In this document: piece after piece, positions 1-15,210 of the stretch
Layout: each line of letters opens with the position of its first letter
Numbering within the stretch: position 1 is the first letter of the stretch
Origin: the human T2T-CHM13v2.0 reference genome, Homo sapiens
Length of the DNA stretch: 64,000 nucleotides
Direction: 5' to 3'
NCBI GenBank assembly: GCA_009914755.4
Contig: CP086569.2
Span: 11,296,001 to 11,360,000 of the forward strand
Program-made: the position numbers and the translations under genes
Notes under the pieces: model-generated
Told to the model about the DNA's origin: nothing
The model's input: the letters and a program-made list of their open reading frames with translations, nothing else
The model's database searches: none

Positions 1-192
1 AACCTACAATGCATGGCCCATTGAGGCCAGCACCCTGCCAAGTATTATCGCCTGAAAGAGGGATAGCATTAGGAGATACATCTAATGTAAATGACAAGTA
101 AATGGGTGCAGCACACCAACATGACACATGTATACATAAGTAACAAACCTGCACATTTTGCACATGTACCCTAGAACTTAAAGTTTAATAAA
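1..192 (+). mobile_element. L1 3' end fragment (ORF2 C-terminus/3'UTR) ending in A/TA-rich tail
   Basis: Matches the L1PA-type 3' end almost base for base: ...gggatagcattaggagatacatctaatgtaaatgacaagtaaatgggtgcagcacaccaacatg...gtaccctagaacttaaagtttaataaa. Confidence 0.85.
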
Positions 193-2761
193 TATATATA
201 TGGAAAGACACTGACAGCAGGAACTCTGCAATGGTTCTCTATCTAAAAGAAGTGGGCTGTTGGGATATAACGGCTACTTCACACCTTCCTCTTAATACTA
301 AAACCAATATCCCCAAATCAGAAAACAAACTACTAATAAATCAGATGCCTGAATTAAAATGATACGTCACTTAAGAGCACTCCCTTAGATGAATTGCAAT
401 GCCTCACTGGTGCGTTCTATTAAGATATTGGGGTGTCCAGGTCTTGCAAAAGACTGGTGAGATGGTACATTCATTAGGTAAGTCTATTTCTCTGCCATGC
501 CTCAGCATTCACGTGGGAGTGTGCCGTTTTCTCGGTGGCACCAGTGACCACACCACTAATGTGGTCTGCACTATCTTTCTTTGGCCAGACTCAACACAGC
601 CTCCAACAGTCTCTCAGCTTCTGCTAGAAAAGCCAGAGAGAAGAGTCTGTCTGGCTTTCTAATTGGGCCTCAGTGGGTTTCTGTCCGGCTGCTGTAAAGA
701 GCACGTGATTTATAAAGAAGGCTTCATTTTGTGACAGGGTTCCATTTCAATTCTCTTACAGCAGAATTCAAGGGGTTCTGGCCAGCTAGCATGAACCCTC
801 TCTTAGCCTATTTGTGATATGCTGGCCTACCCATCTCACAGTTCTGCAGAAACCATTCACCATGACCAGAAAGGGAGTGACATGCCCAAGGTAAAAGGCT
901 TCCTGGGAGACAACCTACAGAGAAGGAAACCAATCAAGACAACAGGTCAACAAACTCCTTCTGGGACACTGCCCCTGTGTGCAGCTCTTAAGTGTGGGTC
1001 CAACAAGGCCCTGTGTTCAGCAGGAACAAGAGGCCCAGCCACGGACAGCCTGGGGGGACACAAACCACCCCCAGTCATGACCAAAGTCTTGGAAAACTGG
1101 GAATAGAAGAGAATTTCCTGAACTCGAACAGAGAACCTACTCAAATCCTGTGCAAACATCAAAAATAAGTAAGCAAACAGATAACCGAATGCACTGTTTA
1201 TGGACTAAAAGCAGGGAAATCATTATTTTCAGATAATATGCTACTGTGAATAGAAAATCCAAGAAAATCTAGGGACAAATTAAATAATGTGTAACTATAA
1301 AACTAGTAGAAAAAAAGTCCAGCAAAATGCAAGATAAGAATATACAAAAGTTAACTGAATTGTTACATTAGCAATAAACAATTGAAAAACATTCAAAAAA
1401 CACTATAATACCACCAACAATAACCAAAGTCAACTAAAAAAAAAATCTAACACAATATGTGTGAGACCTTTATGGAGAAAAGTAATACTACATAGCATTA
1501 TCTTTTTGAAATAAAGAAATAAATGAAGGTAGACCCAAATAAATGAAGAGCTATACAATGATCATGGACATTAGGCTTTAATATCTTCAAGATGAAAATT
1601 CTCCACAAAATATAAACTTGATGTAACTTCTAATAAAACCCTGATAGGACTGTTTGTAGAACTTAACACTCTGATCTTAAAGCTCAAAGAAGACAGAGAG
1701 CCAGATAAAACCAAGATAACTCTGGAGAATAAGAGGACACTCATTCTACCAACTGCTGAGGCTTACCAGAAAAAGTTATAGTATAAAAACAGTATGGTTT
1801 AGACAAAGACAAATAGATGGATTTAAAAAGCACAGAACCTTAGTTTGGGCTTGTAAATATCAGACTCCCATATGAGTTGGGGGAAAGGGAAGAATTAATA
1901 AACCTATGAGGCTGACACTAGCAGGTACTCATATGGAAAAGATGAGAAATAGAGCCCCACACCACTCCAGACACGCAAATCCATTCCAGAAGCATTGACT
2001 ACTGTCACATGAAAAGCAACGCAACAAACCTCTAGAAGAAAAAGTAAGAGGCAATGCCTTCATGTAAGGTCCTGAAGACAGGATTCTGGCTGCTCAATAA
2101 ATACTGCTTTGTTGCTGTGTAAGAAGATAACACAGACTTAGTGGGTTAGAGCAACAGAAATGTGTGGCAATGCACTCTCATCATGCTGAGGTCAGAAGTC
2201 CTAAATGAATTCCACTGGGCTAAAGGCAAGGTGTTGTCAGAGCTGGCTCCTTCTCAAGATTCTGGGGAATAATCCACTTCCCTGCCTTTCTCGGATGTTG
2301 GTGGTGACCTGTACTCTGCCATTCATGGCCCCTTCCTCCAGTTTCAAAGTGGGTCACTCCTATCTCGGCTTCCATCTTCACATCACCGTCTGCAGCCAAA
2401 TCTCTGCAGCCAAATGTCCCTCTTAAAAATAATGACCCTTGTGATGACATTCAGGGCCCACCTGGATAACTCAAGATAATTCCTCCCATCTCAAGATCCT
2501 TAACTTCATCACATCTGCAAATCTCATTTTGCCATATGAGGTCGCACATTCAGAGGTACCAGAGACTAGGACCTGAATATCTTTGGGAGCCATTAATTAG
2601 CCAGCGACAAATATGTTCAACTGTTATTTGCTGAATAAAACAAGGAGAGAAAGAAGATGTTTCTTTCTACAAGGCATCGGGTATAAGGCATGAAGGGACA
2701 GAAAAATTGGACAATGTAAAAGTTAAGACTTCCATCAGACACAACAGTAAGAAGACACCTC

Positions 2762-3044
2762 AGGCCAGGCATGGTGGCTCATGCCTGTAATCCCAACACT
2801 TTGGGAGGCTGAGGTGGGTGGATCACTTGAGGTCAGGAGACCAGCCTGGCCAACATGGCAAAACCCTGTCTCTACTGAAAATACAAAAAAATTAGCTGGG
2901 CGTGGTGGTGCACACCTGTAGTCCTGGCTACTTGGGAGGCTGAGGCAGGAGAATCGCATGAACCCAGGAGATGAAAGTTGCAGTGAGCTTAGATCGTGCC
3001 ATTGCACTCCAGCCTGGGTGGCAGGAAAAAAAAAAAAAAAAAGA
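2762..3044 (+). mobile_element. Alu element (full length, poly-A tail 3028-3044)
   Basis: Starts ggccaggcatggtggctcatgcctgtaatcccaacactttgggaggctgagg and ends gtgagc...ccagcctgggtggcagg followed by A17. Confidence 0.92.
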
Positions 3045-3384
3045 AGACACCTGAAAGGGACCTTTACAACATAGGACAGAGTGCTGTGGAAAATCTGGGA
3101 AGAATTCCTACAGGGCAAAAAAGAAACAATTCCAGATGCAAATGGGTACAGTCCATCACAGGGGACACCTGAAGGGCTAGTTGGCATGGGAGAACACATC
3201 CCAAAGGTACCAGGAAAACAAGCAATGCCAAGGCCCACAGTGAAAATGCAGTCTGAGGATGGGGAAGGGAATGCAAAGTGGGACTGTTCTGGAGGCTCCT
3301 GGGGACTCTGTCATCCCCCACTAAAGCAGCCCTCAAATTCTCACTGCTATGAACTGAACTGTCTTCCTCTAAAATTCGTATGCT

Positions 3385-3745
3385 AAGGCCCTAACCCCCA
3401 ATGTGATGGCATTTGGAGGTAGGACCTTTAAGAGGTAATTCAGGTTATGAGATTACAAGGGTGGGGTCCTGATCTCATAGGACTAGCATCCCTATAAAGG
3501 AAGAAACATCAGAGAGCCAGCATGTGTGTTCATGTGTGGTCACGCATTCCCATCTCCCTGCAACCAAACATGTGTGGACACAGTCAGAAGGTAACCCTCT
3601 GCAAGCCAGGAAGCAGTCCCTCACTGGGAGCTGAATCAGCCAGCTCCTTGATCTCAGAGGTCCAGCCTCCAGAAAGGTCAGAAAATAAATTTCTGCTAAG
3701 TCATCCTATCTATTCTGTTATAGCCTGAGCTGCCCAAGATACCCA
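3385..3745 (+). repeat. Fragment of a common MaLR-type LTR interspersed repeat (family not named with confidence)
   Basis: Carries the characteristic motifs atgtgatggcatttggaggtagg...gggtggggtcctgatctcatagg...ccagcctccagaaaggtcagaaaataaatttctgctaagtcatcctatctattctgttatagcctgag. Confidence 0.5.
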
Positions 3746-5194
3746 CCTTCTACAACATCATGTGTAAAACATAACAGAGTTGATGGGGAAAAAGTTGAGA
3801 AGGCCACTCTGACATATGCCATTTTGTCCCCAGAGCCCAGCAGAAACCAGGAAAATCCCTGCTGTGTTATTTCAGTTCCATCAATGACACCTTAAATGAC
3901 AGTCTATGTTGGCAGCCTTCATCCCTGGGCTGCTGAGCCTCCTGAGACATGTCTGCCTCCAAAGCAGATGGCTTCCAATAGAAACCAGTTGCTTCAAAAC
4001 TGAAAACTAAGTTTGCAGACAGCCTTCTTTAAGAAGTTTACTTTTGTTAACCACAAATAAAATTCTAAGTCCACCACCAATTGAAAGGATCCCCCAGCCG
4101 CTCTTCGCCAAGGGCATTCCAAAGTAAAACTGAAAAACTAGTTCAAGGCATGACGGGAAGTGGGGATTGAACATGCCTCATTATATGTGCCTCCCTTTGT
4201 AATTCAGGCACAACTGACCAGCGTTAACATTAAAACAAGAGATCTCAAGATGGACAAAATGGACTCTTTGTAGCAATAAGATACCAAATTCCAACGTGAC
4301 TCTAGTATAGCATCACATGATAGACAGCAGGTCCTGAAAGAAAACAACGTATTTTTTTTACCAAAATATATTTCTTTGACATATTTTGAAATGGCCCTGC
4401 AAAGCTGTCTCTTGTGGGGAAAATTTACACTCTGTAGAGAATCCCCTTACCTTTCCAGGCCTCTTCCTGATCCAGGAGAGATTAACTAAGAGGCTGGCAT
4501 CTTTTTAGGTCTGTTAAGAGACATTTACCCTCTATTCTCTGAGTCTGCTACCTGGAATCTTCTACCACATAATAAGAACCTTGGTCTCCACAACCCCTTA
4601 TCTCAAGCCAGACATTCCTTTCTATTGATTCCAGGTCTTTACATAATAACAACTCTTTCAACCAATTGCCAATCAGAAAATCTCTAAGAATCTACCTATG
4701 ACCTGGAAACCCTCCCCTGACTCCACTTTGTGTTGTCCCACCTTTTTGGACTGAACCAATGTACACCTTACATGTACTCATTGATGTCTTCCTATAACTT
4801 CTACCCCCTAAAATGTATAAAATCAAGCTGCAACCCAACTACCTTGGGCACATGTTCTCAGACCTCTGAGACTATAAAATGGGCCGTAGTCACTCATAGT
4901 TTGCTCAGAATAAACATCTTTAAATATTTCACAGAGTTGACTATTTTTCTTTGGCATTTACTTAGACACAGGAGGAAATGTCTTTGCAGTCTGTCCACAG
5001 GCAGGGCAGCATCCTCAAATCTGGTAGACAGTATGGAGGCTCCCTAAGCCATTGCAACAGCCTCTCTTTACACTGAATGAGACACCCCTGCAGCATTTTC
5101 TGCTTTTTGTTCTGGAGCATCACATGATCTCTATGGACACTTGGTGAATTAACCAATGAACTGGAAACAGCTTAAATCCACTATCTTATTCTAC

Positions 5195-5560
5195 TTTTTC
5201 TTGCTATAACAAGATACCATAGGCTGGGTTATTTATAAAGAAAAGAAGTGTATTTCTTACAGCTCTGGATGCTGAGAAACTCAAGAGCATGATGCGGCAT
5301 CTGGTGAGGACCTTCTTGCTGCATCATGACACGGCAAAGGGCATCACATGGTGAGAGGGTGAGATCATGCATGTCAGCTCTGGTCTCTCTTCCTCTTCTG
5401 TTGAAGCCATAAGTCCCATCATGGGGACCCCATGCTGATGATCTTATTTAATCCCAGTGACCTCCCAAAGGCCCTACCTCCAATCGACAGATGAATTTGG
5501 GGATCAAGCTTCCAACACATGAAATTTGAGGAACATGTTCAAACCGTAGCAGCCACCAAC
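5195..5560 (-). mobile_element. MaLR LTR (THE1/MST-like), minus orientation
   Basis: Reverse-complement-type THE1/MST LTR motifs: ataggctgggttatttataaagaaaagaagtgtatttcttacagctctggatgctgag...cacatggtgagagggtgagatcatgcatgtc...ccccatgctgatgatcttatttaatcccagtgacctcccaaaggccctacctcc. Confidence 0.6.
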
Positions 5561-5849
5561 AGGAAACTAAGTAAATGATTGTATAGTAATACCAGGTAAA
5601 ATTATAGAACAGTAAAGAGAAATCAAGTAACATACATTGGCATGTGACAGTGAAATGGGGAAATGTCAATTTCAAAAGAATAGATACATTTATCTAAACA
5701 CTTTCATACATGAATTAAAAATATAGATGGCAATGGCTATCTTCCCCTATCTATAGCCCAACTTCAAAACAGTGATTGCTGCTTTAAAACAGGGAAAACT
5801 GATAGAACAAGTGGCAGTTATCTCAAAATAAATAAATAAATATATATAG

Positions 5850-6274
<425 letters not shown>

Positions 6275-8032
6275 CTACTTTTCTGTGTTTATAATGCTTT
6301 TAACTAAAAATAAAAACTTTAGAAATTAGATGACCATGGCACAGGGTCTGCCTGTAATGGTCTTTCCAGTGCAAGCCCTTGATATATCAAATCTGTTCAT
6401 TTTGGAAGCTGGACAGATGTGCTTGTGGGGGGATCTCAGTGGATGAGAACATGGCAGGCTGTGCTGCTGCAGGGAGGCAGAGCTGATGCTTCTTGAGGGC
6501 TTCCTGCAAGTCAGCCTACCAGCTAGGCCTACATTTTAGTATCTCTTGTCAGTCCCGGGAGAATGTGATAGGAGGACGTTGTGACTTCCCCTTATCTGAT
6601 AGATAAGGAGCCTTAGAAGATAAGCTCCTGGTGCATCACAGCCAGAAAGAGAGGCATCTCACCCTCAATCCAAATTCAAGATTCTCCAGACAATTTTCAA
6701 AAAATAGTCTGCTTGTGCAAAAAGGAGCTCAGTGGAAACTGCCCCAAATCTTTGCAGTGAGAGGTCTCAGAGGAGTGAAATTTGAATCAATTCACTCCCC
6801 ATCTTTCACGCAAATCACACACCCTCTTCAACAGGGAGGCTGGAGGAGGACAGAAGGCAGAATGCAAAATATCTATACATGCGTGCTTTTTATTGTGCAC
6901 TTCTAAATTAATAGGTTTTATTTTTCTAGAGCAGGTTTATGTTTATAGGAAACTGAGCTGATAGTACAAGAGAGTTCCCACTGATCCAGTTCCTAGTTTG
7001 TAGTCTGTCTGCTCTAACAAATCTGTTGCACTTAGGATCTAAAAGGAAATGTAAAATCAAAATACAACCCTTCCAGATGCCAGTGGCCTCCAAATTTTCA
7101 GGTGCCCTGTGTTTGTTCCTCAGCCTCCCGTGATTGGCTTGGGTCCATCTGGAGAGTTCTGGCTCCTGGGTTGTGAATGTAAGGGAGGGGTGTGGCAGTC
7201 GAGACTAGCCACTAAAATCATCCCCAAGTACAAGCCAAGTTCTTAAAATCCCAGTACCTGGCAGTAGAGGGCTGGGAGATTAACTGGCCTTTGAAGATTA
7301 AATATCACAGCACATTGCATCTCAGCAGTGTCTGTCTAGGCAGAGGGGCTTTGGCATTAAACAGACCCAGCAACCTAGGCTACTGCAGAGAAGACAGAAG
7401 CATGACCAGGTTCTATTCCAGCTCCAGACCTAACACCAGAGCAGCCACAGAATAACCCAGCAGGCCCCAGTGTCCCCAGTGAGGGGCTGACCGCAGGGTG
7501 ACCCACCTAAGACACCTCCAATTCACAAAAGGGCCTCATGACAGCTGCTGCACCTTCTAAACTATGGGTTACCAGAAACTAAGTTAAATTACTGTGCCTA
7601 GGAACTGGGAACATCACACAACAAAATCACACAGCTCTGAGACCTCTATGGAGCGATGAAATGTCACTGGTAAACTAAGATGTGCCTGTTACTAAACATA
7701 TTTAGTGTACAGATGTGCTTGTAAACTAAACAGATTTCAAATCAAGGGTAAGAACTCTCGACAGCTTTCTGTGCCGCACCCAATTCCATCAAAAGCCGGC
7801 CTCAGGCATCTATCTGTTGGGGGCCTAGGAGAGATGCCAAGTCCTTGAGTCTGAAGGGCACTTTCCAATCACCTGCTTGGGGACGGCCTTGACTCCACCA
7901 TGAGTGGGACTGTAGCTACTCCATCCTGCCATCATCTGTAATGACAGTATTTAAGCCGGAGGTGGGTTCCTTTAATTCCTATTATTCCAATGTTTGTGGG
8001 AACCCAGCTGTCCTTTGCAATCTTAACTTTAA

Positions 8033-8485
<453 letters not shown>

Positions 8486-9220
8486 TAGGATGCTATGCTG
8501 TGCAGCAGCCCCACAGCCTCAAGGCCCCTAAAGCATGAAGAATGAAGCCCAAACACCAGGTGGGAAGGCTGTTCTCGCTTCTCTCTGTGAATCCTGGTCA
8601 AATCCCAGAAAGGGAGATCATTCATCCCAGAAATCTTCCTCCTGGGAACTTCTCAGCCGTTGAGATTTGGATGCCAGGGGTTGCCTGGGGACCTGGGAAT
8701 CATTCACCTTGAAATACACCCAAGTGAAACAGGGGCTCAGCCAAGGTTGAGAACTGGCAACATCTTTTATGTGGCGTTGTCATGTAACCTTTTCTCAGGA
8801 GCAGAGACACTTCTCATCCTCGGGCCTACCTCCTGGAACACTTCCCGGCTGATCTCACAGTCCAGCCCTACCAACTTCTCAGGACCCAGTGCAGACCACG
8901 TCCGGGGAGCACCCTCCACGAGCACTCTGTCGGGAAGCCGTCTCCTCTGTCCTCTGCTGAGCATGAGTGGAGGACAACTCTCCAACAAAAACTTCTACAC
9001 ATTTCCAATCTTAGTATAGCAGACATCAAATATGTGGTCAAACTACATACATAGGAAGAATTGAATTATATAATTATATTCAAGCATTTTAAAATAATTC
9101 CCCTTCAGTTTGTTTTGCAGTTATTTTACATAATCAAATGTCTTCCTGATATACTTTCCAACCCAGTGGTTGTCAAGCTCTGCTTTGTTTTCTAATTGCA
9201 TCAGAATTATCCACAAGTCT

Positions 9221-9514
<294 letters not shown>

Positions 9515-10019
9515 TAAATCAGCACAACTCAAGATTTAAGAAATAAAAATTTCCAAGAGAAGAAACCCAGGAATATGCATTGAAAATGTCTCCCTCAGGT
9601 GATTCTGATGTGATATGTGGTCTGAGTTTAAAATGCAAGGAAAATTACCTTCCCTGCCCTCCAGTTGGCCCTTATGTCCAGATGTCTCTCTTTCCTTTTC
9701 TCACTGTGCTCTCTCCTTCTGTGCCTTTGTTCTATTCTCTCTCCACTTCTCATCCATATGCCAAGCCCTCTTCCATCAATTGTCTTAAAACTCCAAATGG
9801 TCAGTCGCCTCTAAACTTTCCTCTGTCTCATGAACAAGTTATGCAGGCAAAAGTAGAATTTAAGCTTGGACCAAGCTGAATCAAGAGCTGCAATTAAAGG
9901 TTTCCCTAAGCCCAGAGGGGACCAGCGAATACTTATAGAAGATTTTGGATTTCCTCTGAATGCATAAGCCTCTCGGTAACCTGATTCTATAGACCAAATG
10001 TCATTGTCCCCCTCAAATT

Positions 10020-10330
10020 CAAGTGCTGATATCTAATTCCCTATGTGATGACATTTGGAGGTAGGGCCTTGGGGAATGATTAGCTCATGAAGGCAGGGGC
10101 CACAGGAGTGGGATTAGCAGCCCCTATTGAAGGCACCATAGAGAGCTCCCTCATCCCTTCTGTCATGTGAGGACATGGTAGAAACATGGCTGTCTGTGAA
10201 CCACAAAGCAAGCCCACACCAGACATGGAATCTGCTAACCACTTGACCTTGAATTTTGCCATCTCCAAAACTGAAAGAAACAAATTGGTTTATAAGCTTC
10301 CTCATCTATGGCATTCTGTTTTGACCCCAG
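10020..10330 (+). repeat. Fragment of the same MaLR-type LTR family seen at 3385-3745
   Basis: tatgtgatgacatttggaggtagggccttggggaatgattagctcatgaaggcagggg...ctgtcatgtgaggacatggtagaaacatggctgtctgtgaaccacaaagcaagc...ccacttgaccttgaattttgccatctccaaaactg...ggtttataagcttcctcatctatggcattctgttttgacc. Confidence 0.55.
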
Positions 10331-10771
10331 ATTAGCTAAATACACCAAAATATCAACTTGTACACCAAATTTTGGAAATGGATGCTAAAACTTTGATGGC
10401 AAAAGGTGACTGATCTGCCTGAGAAATGAAACTACATGATCCCTTTTTCCACAAAGCTGGAGGGAGAGTCAACAAGAGCAAAAATAGGTCAAATTCTTCT
10501 AAAAGCCATACCTGAAGGGTTTTCAATATCACTTGATCAGATCGTAATTTAATCACACAAAGAGCCATAACAAAACACACAACTATCAGAGGTTTTCAAT
10601 GTCACCTTAAAAACATTATCTACAATATTAGGGAGTGAAAGAAGTCATGGAAGTTTCAAAAAGTCAAACTTTATTTCAGTGTTATGGTAGAAATTTGAGA
10701 TTCTTAGTTAAGCTATGAATAAATCCTTGGGCAGGTGCAGGCATGGAGATTCTGGGGTGCAGATGCTGAGT

Positions 10772-11470
<699 letters not shown>

Positions 11471-11526
11471 TTTCCACTGGAATTTCCAAACCTGAAAACG
11501 ACCTCACTGAATTTAAAGGAATTTCA

Positions 11527-11790
<264 letters not shown>

Positions 11791-11946
11791 TCAGAAAAGA
11801 AAGATTCTCACTCCTGCCATTCCTGAAGCAGGAGCCTTGAGATGTGGGGATGCAGCACAAGAACATCTTGCTCTCTTGAGCATCTCCCACCAAGTGAGCT
11901 GTCTATGGGGCTAACTCTAGGATGTGGGTGCCTGGTTATCAGGATT

Positions 11947-12514
<568 letters not shown>

Positions 12515-12679
12515 TGGTTACCAGAATTCTAAGTTCTGTTAGGGTCTGTTGCCAAGGAAGTGAGGTCACTTCTTTAAGGCTCTGTCCCCTTGGCCTCCTC
12601 CTTCCAGAAGACCTACTCAGGACCCCAGTGGGCTGCTGACTGCTCACCTTCCCCACAGGTCAACTCCTTACCTGTACAC

Positions 12680-15210
12680 AGTTATGTCCACCCAGGGCCT
12701 GCTTGGACACCTGCACCTGATGTTCACCAGGGGCCTAGGAATCCACTTGGGGCCTCGGAACCTACAGGGGCCTAATGTTACCCTGCAGATTGGGTAGCCA
12801 CCGGGGGACCAGGCATCAACCTGGGTACTGTGGTTGACCTGTGGGCTAATGTCCAGCTGGGGATTGGTTATTCACCTGAGGACTGATGCGTACCTGGGGC
12901 TGAATGTCCCCCTCAGGGTGAATTCCACCTCAGGCCTGTATGTCCACCTGGGGCCTGATGTCTGCCTTAGTTCTGTGTCCCACTGGGGCCTTGTGTTCAC
13001 CGGGGACTGGTATCCAGCTGTGGCCTGATGATCTACTGCATCCTGTTGCTCACCTACGGCCTGGTGTCTACCTGGGGCTTGGTGATCACCTGGGAGCTGG
13101 ATATCAACCTGGGGCCTGGGTGTCCACTTAAGGCCTGATGTGGGCCTGGGGCCTGATTGTCCACCTGGGGACTGGGTGTCCACCTTGGGTCTGATGTCTA
13201 CTTGAAGTTAGGTGTCTACCTAAGTCTTGGTGTCTACCTGTGCCCTGATGTCCACATGAGTCTGGGGTTCGGTTGGGGCCTGCTGTACATCTGGGAACTT
13301 GGTGTCTATCTGAGGCCTGATGTCTACCTGGTGACTGCCATCCTCTTGAGGCCTGCTATCCACCTGGGAATGGTTTATCCATGGAAACGGTTATGTCCGC
13401 CTGGGGCTGGATGTTGCCCAGCGGCTAGATGTCCACCTGTGGCCCCGTGTCCACCTAGGGCCTGATGTCCACCTGGGGCATGGTGTTCACCTGAGACCTG
13501 GGTGTTTACATAGGGCCTGATGTCCAGCTGGTGCCTAGGTGCCCACCGGGGGCTTTGTGTTAACCTGGGGACTGGTATCCAGCTACGTCCTAATGACCAC
13601 CTGGGTTGAATTATTCACCTAGAGTTTGGTATTCACTTAGGGCTTGAGTGTCAGCCTTAGACCTGGTGTCCACCTGGGCCTTGTGTATCAAACTAGGGGT
13701 TTGGTATCCAGTTGAGACATCATTTGCACCTGGGGTCTGAGTGTTCGCATGAGGCCAGATGACCACTGGGGACCTGAATGTCAACCTGGGTTCTGAAATT
13801 CACTGGAAGCCTAGGTATCCAGCTGGGGCCTGATGTCCACCTGGGACTAGGTGTCAACATGTGGCCTGATGTAAACCTCTAGTTCAGTGCCCATCTTGGG
13901 CCTGATGTCCACTGGGGGACTGATGTTCACCTTTGATCTGAAATCTACCTGGAAACCGTGTATTCACCCATGGCCTGATGGTCACCTGGGGTTGAATGTC
14001 CAACTGTGGCCAGATGTGCACCCGGATCCTGGGCATCCACCTGGGGCCTGATGTTCATCTGGGGCCTGGAGTTCAACTGAGGCACGATGTCCACCTGAAG
14101 CCTAATGTTCATCTGAGTGCTGAGTCTAATGTACTCCTGGGTTCTAGTGTCCTCTTGGGACCTGATGTCTACCAGGATCCTGGTATCCACTTGGGGCCTG
14201 GTATCCACCTAGGACTTGATATTCACCTGGGGCCTGGGAATCCACTTGATAACTGGTGCCCATCAGGGTCTTATGTTCACCTTGGGACTGGGTAACCACC
14301 TGAGGCCTGATGTCCACTTAGGGCATAAGTGTTTAGCTGGGGTCTAGTGTTCACATGGGGTCTGATGTCAACCTTGAGCCCAGGTATTCACCAGGAGACT
14401 AGTGTCCAGCTGGGACCAGATGTTCACTTGGGGCCTGGTGTCAACTTGAAGCATGGTTGTCAACCTAGGACCTGATGTCCAGTCCAGTGTCCACCTTGGG
14501 CCTGTTTACTACCTGGGGCCTGTGTGTCCACATAGACCCCGATGTCAATCTGGGGCCTGGGTATTTACCGGAGGCCTGGATATTCATTGGTACATTATGT
14601 CTACTGGAGTCTTTGTGTCAATCTGAGCTCTGATGTCCACTTAGAGATTGGGTATCCACCTAAGGCCTGTTGTTTACATGGGGCCTGTAACACGAGGTTC
14701 CAGATAAACTCAGATGTCCACCTGAGGCCTGATGTCCACCTGAGTTCTGAGTGTTAACATAGGGCCTGCTGTCAACCTGGGACCTAAGTATTTACCTAGG
14801 GCCTGGGTGTCCACCTGGGGCCTGACTTCCAAATAGATCTTGTGTCAACAGGTGGCCTGATGTGCACTTTGGGCCTAGGTAACTTCTTGATGACTAATGC
14901 CCACATGGCTCCTAAGGACCTTCTGAGGCCTGGTATTAATTTAGAGACTGGTATACACCTGGTGTCCAGGTATCCACTTGGGACCTGATGTTCACCTGGA
15001 GTGTATGAATTCACGTGGGGCCTGGTGTCCACCTTGAGTGTGTGTATCCAATTGAGTGTGATGTCCACCTGGAGTCCAGTGTATACCCGGGGCCTGATGT
15101 ACACATGGGGCCTGGGCATCCATCTAGGACCTGATATTCAGATAAGGGCTGGCGTTCTCCTGGCCTGGTGTCCACATGGAGCCTGGATATACACTTGGAG
15201 CCTGATGTCC
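12680..15210 (+). repeat. Degenerate 18-bp minisatellite array (core ~TGGGGCCTGATGTCCACC), + orientation block
   Basis: Consecutive ~18-bp units can be read directly: gggcctgatgtccacc / tggggcatggtgttcacc / tgagacctgggtgtttac... Units are only about 70-85% identical to one another, and the 18-bp period (a multiple of 3) produces the many spurious ORFs. Confidence 0.95.

Noticed and set aside
399-1162. Small ORFs in the first 12 kb (87-167 aa) as genes.
   Set aside because: Several overlap Alu or LTR sequence (for example 2735-3238 and 12103-12498 are Alu-encoded). The rest show no similarity to any protein I recognise and no splice or start context.
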